Sequence record: NZ_CP118944.1
Origin: a plasmid
Strand: one strand, 5' to 3'
DNA length: 64,000 nt
In this document: piece by piece, positions 59,337-64,000 of the stretch
Layout: every line of letters starts with the position of its first letter
Position numbering within the stretch: the first letter of the stretch is position 1
Translations under genes and position numbers: made by a program
The notes under the pieces: model-generated
The model's database searches: none
What the model saw: the letters and a program-made list of their open reading frames with translations, nothing else
Told to the model about the DNA's origin: nothing

Positions 59337-60066
59337 CGGTGTGCTCCTGTGTGCGGATCACATAGAGCCAGGTCGATGCCCCGGCGATCAGGCGCTGATA
59401 TCTGGGGTGCACCATGATGGCGCGGGTACCCGGCGTCCAGAAATCTGGTTCGCGCAATACCACCGGCACAGAGAGCGGGTTGGTCAGGCGGTAGCGCACA
59501 ATGTGCACTGCGTTGCCATCCCATGCGGAATCGGGCGTGGCCTGTAACCCGGCGCGAGTGAAGGGGGCTTCATTGTCGATGCTGGCCTGGCCGTAACCTT
59601 CAGGCAGTACGCCGCGCAGCAGTGCGCGATTGAGCGCAACCAGCATGGATTCGTAGGGCTGGGCGGTTTCCCACACCTTGGCGACCGGGCGGGGTGTCGG
59701 GGTGGTGGGAAACAGGCGGTAACTGCGCCCCTCGGTGGCTCGCGGGGTGGCATTGATAGAAAACACCTGGCCCAGCCGGGTTTCGACATAGAGGGTGAAC
59801 GGCTTGTCGCTGGCGGTGGAGAACAGTGCCGCGCCTGCCTGGGTGTTTTTCTTGTCGGTCAACAGGCCCGCTGCGCTGCTGATGTTGGTCACGCGATCAC
59901 CGGGCACCACGATCAGGTTGGGATTGAGGTTGCTGATCGGCAAATCCAGGTGTCCACCTGGCGAAAAGGTCAGGGTAACCGCAGTGGCGGCCATGGTGGT
60001 GGGGGCGACGGTGAGCACCAGGAGAGGGAGCCATCGCCATGGATGAAACGGCTTACGGTTTGTCAT
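59323..60066 (-). CDS. traK: TraK (secretin-like / VirB9-like)
   Basis: 247 aa, signal peptide, size as F TraK. Confidence 0.8.
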   Translation of the reverse strand: MTNRKPFHPWRWLPLLVLTVAPTTMAATAVTLTFSPGGHLDLPISNLNPNLIVVPGDRVTNISSAAGLLTDKKNTQAGAALFSTASDKPFTLYVETRLGQVFSINATPRATEGRSYRLFPTTPTPRPVAKVWETAQPYESMLVALNRALLRGVLPEGYGQASIDNEAPFTRAGLQATPDSAWDGNAVHIVRYRLTNPLSVPVVLREPDFWTPGTRAIMVHPRYQRLIAGASTWLYVIRTQEHTDGQH

Positions 60067-60619
60067 TTGTCACCTCCCAGAATTTAACGATGCTGGTTAC
60101 CCCGTTTTCATAGGCGATCTGGATTGAATAGTCTTTTATTTCAGACTGGGGTTTGCCATTACCAATCCAGGTTTTAAGCACTCCCCGGACATCAATGCGA
60201 TTTTGGGCAGGGAATACATTGAGTTGGGTTTGATAAAACGCCGAGTTCACTTCGTTGCGCTTTATTTGCTGGGCGTCCTTGGCAAGGACGAGTTTAAAAT
60301 CCGGTTGCGCACTGTTTTTCACGTAGCCGAGCAAAAAATCATGCTGGGCATCGACGGTGGCGGGGGAGACATTAAGCCGCAGCGCCATAAACGAGAGCGC
60401 CATCATTTGCATGTGGGAGGCGCTACTATTGGCCTCGGATATCACGAACGGGGCGTTATATGCCATCGGTGTGACAATTTTCTCCCTGTGTGTGGAGAGA
60501 TATCTATTCTGGACGACCAGAAAAATGGTCGATATCAGGCTAAGCGTCAGCAGTAGCAATAGTGCGACGATGACGATAGCGACCATCTTGTTGGTTGAGT
60601 CACGAGCTGATAATTCCAT
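60053..60619 (-). CDS. traE: TraE (VirB5/VirB8-like inner membrane pilus assembly protein)
   Basis: 188 aa, exactly the size of F TraE, N-terminal TM. Confidence 0.88.
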   Translation of the reverse strand: MELSARDSTNKMVAIVIVALLLLLTLSLISTIFLVVQNRYLSTHREKIVTPMAYNAPFVISEANSSASHMQMMALSFMALRLNVSPATVDAQHDFLLGYVKNSAQPDFKLVLAKDAQQIKRNEVNSAFYQTQLNVFPAQNRIDVRGVLKTWIGNGKPQSEIKDYSIQIAYENGVTSIVKFWEVTNDKP

Positions 60620-60621
60620 TG

Positions 60622-60930
60622 TTATCTAATCCATTGCCGAAAACTGGAGTCAGGGATGGTTTTGAATACCACGCGAAAAAGGGTGGTCGGGAAATACCAA
60701 TAGAGCATGTTGTAGAGCCACATTGACCCTCGCCCTTTTTTTGCAGTGTTAATCGAAAACCAAATCAGCGCCGCCGCACAAATACCCAGCATTTGGCTGC
60801 CCGCATAAAGTCCCCATGCGAGTGGAATAAATGTGGGAATTGCCTCGTCATACGGTAATCCAAGGAAGCGACGCTGTTCACTCAAGGTTTTCGGAAAGCG
60901 GTATTTATTAATACTGTCTTCCGATTGCAT
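60622..60930 (-). CDS. traL: TraL (VirB3-like)
   Basis: 102 aa. …KYRFPKTLSEQRRFLGLPYDE…KKGRGSMWL…YWYFPT…PDSSFRQWIR parallels F TraL (…[21 protein letters not shown]…KKGRGSSWL…YWYMPT…PDSCFRQWIK). Confidence 0.88.
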   Translation of the reverse strand: MQSEDSINKYRFPKTLSEQRRFLGLPYDEAIPTFIPLAWGLYAGSQMLGICAAALIWFSINTAKKGRGSMWLYNMLYWYFPTTLFRVVFKTIPDSSFRQWIR

Positions 60931-60944
60931 AGTGCCACCCGATA

Positions 60945-61247
60945 TTATGCGGCCAGCTGGAAGCCAACAGTGGTGAATACAACCACGATAATGACACCAA
61001 ACAGCAGCAGCAGGTTTTTGGTTTTGATATAGGAGGCAACCCCGATAATTACTTCAGCCAAAATGATCCACTTGGCGACGGTCGAGTTGGCCCCAAAGGT
61101 ATCGTTGACGGTACCTGATTGCCCAGCCAGCATGTCGACAGCATGAGCCTGACCGAAGGTAAACAGGGTCACCAGAACCGCGACCGCCATGACCCGCAAC
61201 AGATGTTTTGGGTTGAGTCGTGTCCGTTCCTGAACAGCTATATTCAT
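60945..61247 (-). CDS. traA: F-type pilin precursor TraA
   Basis: Mature region AGQSGTVNDTFGANSTVAKWIILAEVIIGVASYIKTKNLLLLFGVIIVVVF parallels the F pilin AGSSGQDLMASGNTTVKATFGKDSSVVKWVVLAEVLVGAVMYMMTKNVKFLAGFAIISVF. Confidence 0.85.
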   Translation of the reverse strand: MNIAVQERTRLNPKHLLRVMAVAVLVTLFTFGQAHAVDMLAGQSGTVNDTFGANSTVAKWIILAEVIIGVASYIKTKNLLLLFGVIIVVVFTTVGFQLAA

Positions 61248-61336
61248 ACAAAAATTCTCCATGTGAATTGTTATGTTCGGTGCATTAATCGCACCGAGAC
61301 AAGACTCCTGATAACCAGAGTCTTGTATCTGGACGA

Positions 61337-61549
61337 CTAATTGTTTGACTCATTGTTGTTGATAGAGAATCTTTTTCCTTCAGCAGCAACGCGACATGTA
61401 TCCGCCCGCAATTCACACCAAGTACAGTCAGCCTGGGTAACCGCGAGCCCTTGGGCAATAAGCCATAGTTCACTGGCAGGCGTGAAATTTCTGAATCGTT
61501 CCAGATGGGCCGCTTGGCTTGCAATTTTTAGATATTTTTCTTTACTCAC
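61337..61549 (-). CDS. Hypothetical small protein in the traY position (70 aa)
   Basis: ORF only; no RHH signature recognised. Confidence 0.2.
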   Translation of the reverse strand: MSKEKYLKIASQAAHLERFRNFTPASELWLIAQGLAVTQADCTWCELRADTCRVAAEGKRFSINNNESNN

Positions 61550-61813
61550 AATATCACCCTATAATTTGGTGGGTAACAGCCATGATGGCACTGATTAATT
61601 CCAAGCTACGATGAAATAAAACAATGAAAAAGCCTAGGTGCATTAATGCACCTTGACTTTTTTACATGGTTAAGATAATGGAAGTTAAAAAGAACGGATT
61701 AATAAATTAATGATAAAAAAATAGATACTACTAGTCACCTATAGCAGTGGATGGTTACAAAGCTTATAGGCTGTAATGTAGAAGAGCGATTCCTCTGGCC
61801 AGCATAAAATTTG

Positions 61814-62080
61814 CTACCGAGCCAAAAAATCAAGAAGGGCAAAATAGATCCGGTTCTGCACAACAACGCGAATTGTTGGTACAGAGCTTAGTGCCATCTG
61901 TTTTGCGACCTCTTTCAGCATTCTTTCGATAGGTCTTCTGGAAGATAGCCCCAAAATTTCAGCGACTTCTGCTTGTGTGGCTCCAGTGGCATAGAGAAGA
62001 ACCACCACTGCCAGGTCTTCATCCAACTCTGGGAATAGCTTTCGAAAACGTTTAACTTGGGTAGGATTGAGAGTGTTCAT
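61814..62080 (-). CDS. Small HTH transcriptional regulator (sigma-70 region-4/LuxR-like), candidate tra operon regulator
   Basis: 88 aa. …GATQAEVAEILGLSSRRPIERMLKEV… is a typical HTH. Confidence 0.5.
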   Translation of the reverse strand: MNTLNPTQVKRFRKLFPELDEDLAVVVLLYATGATQAEVAEILGLSSRRPIERMLKEVAKQMALSSVPTIRVVVQNRIYFALLDFLAR

Positions 62081-62414
62081 TGAACGCCTCCTTTGTGTGT
62101 CAAAATGACATTATTTTGACGGATAGCAGCCTGAATCAATATCACACTCTGCCGAGTGCTTAGCGCATTAGATGGGCAAGCAAAGGCCAGTAAGGCATTC
62201 ACATGATACGGTGCTTCAAAAAGGCGCCCCCGAAGGGTATTATCTGACATAGCTCACTCCTTGGGATATCAAGGTTTGGGTTAGCTGGTTGCAGGAGGGT
62301 GCAAGCTCTTGCAGCCAGCGGCTTGAAGTAGGCAACGGGTCTTAATTGGGGATAAATCCCCAATGGCTGTGTTGATGCGACGTTAGCTTATTTTAATTTT
62401 TCGTTTGGTTAACA

Positions 62415-62765
62415 TTAATTTGATTTAAATTTTCCATTTTCAATTTTCTCCGCAATATCACGTACTGCTAACTCGACAATATTTGTTATTCTTTTTCTTT
62501 CTGAGACCATAGTTTCTTTAGATAGATAAAGAAGGACTTCCTTTGTAAACTCGTTAACTTTTATAGATGATACTGTTTTCTCTCTTTCCTTGCTATCCGG
62601 ATCGTGCATTTGCCAAGGATATTCAAACATTATGTTTGCTGATTGCTCTTTTGTCTTAACTCCTTCTTCATTTATTAGTTTTCGGCCTTCTTTTGCAGCC
62701 TCTTCAGACTTTCTTCTCGTATCCTCAACCCAGCTTGCGACACCTATTTTTTTTGCCATCATCAA
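62415..62765 (-). CDS. Small basic protein, partner of ParA-like ATPase (ParG/ParB-like candidate)
   Basis: 116 aa, 4-nt overlap with the upstream ATPase gene. The C-terminus is charged and helical. Confidence 0.35.
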   Translation of the reverse strand: MMMAKKIGVASWVEDTRRKSEEAAKEGRKLINEEGVKTKEQSANIMFEYPWQMHDPDSKEREKTVSSIKVNEFTKEVLLYLSKETMVSERKRITNIVELAVRDIAEKIENGKFKSN

Positions 62766-63412
62766 ATTACCTTCTGATTCAATACTCTAGCTAAAACCCC
62801 TTCTATTTCTGCTCTTGATTCACCTATTCTAGTTGTTTTAGCGAAATCAGAATCAAAAATTGTTTTGCTTTGATTGTGTGCATTAATAAAAACAGCTCTA
62901 TTTCTTACAACACTTGCTCCATCCTTACGCATTAAAAGGATAAAATCCCGCTCATCCTTTCTTCTCATATCTCCTCTGTTGCAAATTTCTATTACATCGC
63001 AACCGTCAAGAATGTGCCTAGCTTTTATATATGCAGCATAATCCAGTCTACATGGAACGACAGGGCATACCACAACATGGCTATCTGGTTTTTCACGATA
63101 GCCAGCGGGATAGTCGATAAGTACTAAGTCTGCATTTGGTTTTTCAGAAGGTAATGATTTGACAATAGTGAAGGGAAAATCACCTTGGCCAAACACTGAC
63201 ATATCGTCGTCTTGGACATCCCTGCTCACCACAAGAGTTATGAGCCCTAGCTTGGAGGCGGCGGCTGCTAAATTGATGGTCATTGTAGTTTTTCCTTGGC
63301 CCCCCTTGGGGTTCCAAATGGATGCTATTTTCACGTCTTCACCTTCCGAAGTTGGGCATGTTGTGGATATTCTATCGTTAACATTATCGTGTCCAAGACT
63401 TCTAGTCAACAA
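62762..63412 (-). CDS. ParA/ParF-family ATPase (second partition-type module)
   Basis: A deviant Walker A motif NPKGGQGKTT is present, and the small size is typical. The true start may be internal (GTG near VKIASIW). Confidence 0.65.
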   Translation of the reverse strand: MLTRSLGHDNVNDRISTTCPTSEGEDVKIASIWNPKGGQGKTTMTINLAAAASKLGLITLVVSRDVQDDDMSVFGQGDFPFTIVKSLPSEKPNADLVLIDYPAGYREKPDSHVVVCPVVPCRLDYAAYIKARHILDGCDVIEICNRGDMRRKDERDFILLMRKDGASVVRNRAVFINAHNQSKTIFDSDFAKTTRIGESRAEIEGVLARVLNQKVI

Positions 63413-63417
63413 TAGTT

Positions 63418-63450
63418 TGGACTAGTCTAATCTAGTCTAGATTAGACTGT
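63418..63450. promoter_or_regulatory. Perfect palindrome AGTCTAATCTAG|TCTAGATTAGACT immediately upstream of the ParA-like gene (operator/centromere candidate)
   Basis: Seen in sequence, 6 nt upstream of the ORF start. Confidence 0.45.
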
Positions 63451-64000
63451 TTGTGTGCTTTGATTTTGCTTTTTTTGGATCCTTAAAGTGTCGTTTCGTT
63501 TTGTTTTGTGTGATCTTGATCACAAAAAACTTGGTCTGACGCCGATCATTACCGTTGATCCAAAACTTGTTATGGTCAAAGATAGCAGGGTGAAATTGAT
63601 AGGCTCAAAGGATGGGCGCAGCTAGTTGACCGTGGTGCTTTTGAGCCCACTTAATTTGAAATGGCGGTTTCCAGAAATGAAGAAGGCCAGCCCTGGCAGG
63701 CTGGCCTTCTGAAAGAATTTCCCTAGATAAAGGGTAAACTCCTCAATCACAAGACAGAGTTTACTCTAGGGACTGATCTGGTTCAACCCGCCCATTATGG
63801 CGGAGATAAGCGTGTATTCGGACCATAAGTGTTACGCGCAGAACGAACTGCAGCGGGCAACGTGTATTTACCCAGTTCCTAAGCTTGGGTAAAGGGTGTT
63901 GCATTTAGATTTACAGGCATTCCATCCAAGTGGGGCGCATTCCTCTCAAGAGGACATATGCAGAGCTGCTGACACTAACTCGCCAAAAGAGACCCCATTC

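Noticed and set aside
61285-61549. Calling 61337-61549 or 61285-61524 traY
   Set aside because: Position is right, but neither ORF shows the ribbon-helix-helix N-terminal beta-strand pattern of TraY. Left as hypothetical at low confidence.

Overview
This 64-kb window reads as a segment of a large F-type conjugative plasmid, less likely an ICE. It is a mosaic of transposons, defence systems and a leading region, followed by a full transfer operon. The host is uncertain: the ISAs1-family IS and the F-like tra genes suggest a gammaproteobacterial (Aeromonas- or Enterobacterales-like) plasmid, at low confidence.

Main components, left to right:
- **1-3926:** right-hand part of a Tn5393-type Tn3-family transposon (tnpA N-terminus, res, tnpR, strA, strB and the terminal inverted repeat).
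- **3930-7300:** two unknown genes, a ParF/ParG-type partition module with 8-bp iterons, and a divergent serine resolvase.
- **7434-13603:** a Type III restriction-modification system whose mod gene is cleanly split by an IS630-family element at a CTAG site; res is intact.
- **14361-19416:** a defective Tn3-family transposon (38-bp terminal IR, tnpR, res, internally deleted tnpA) whose cargo is a Gabija-like gajA-gajB defence pair.
- **19417-21800:** an uncharacterised two-gene module and an AbiEi/AbiEii-like toxin-antitoxin pair with an inverted-repeat operator.
- **22589-24857:** a RadC-like JAB protein, two small ORFs and an ISAs1-family transposase.
- **25278-33205:** a leading-region-like island:
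  - two copies of a ~424-bp GC-rich structured repeat, each directly upstream of an operon, the second split by a second identical IS630 copy;
  - a 9-bp x17 tandem array;
  - a 685-aa unknown protein and an orphan DNA methyltransferase;
  - two small low-GC genes, a KlcA/ArdB antirestriction gene and a lytic transglycosylase.
- **33206-34250:** a candidate oriT with direct repeats and traM.
- **34303-61247:** a complete F-like tra operon on the minus strand (traA, L, E, K, B, V, C, trbI, traW, U, trbC, traN, F, trbB, traH, G, S-like, T, D, I).
  - An IS4-family element with a 10-bp target duplication has cut off the last ~85 codons of traG.
- **61337-63450:** a small HTH regulator, a second ParA-like module and a palindromic operator.

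No rRNA, tRNA or CRISPR array was seen.

The features I find most worth follow-up are the Tn3-borne Gabija with its adjacent unknown two-gene module, the structured leading-region repeats (possible single-strand promoters) with the 9-bp tandem array, and the two IS-mediated gene disruptions (mod and traG).
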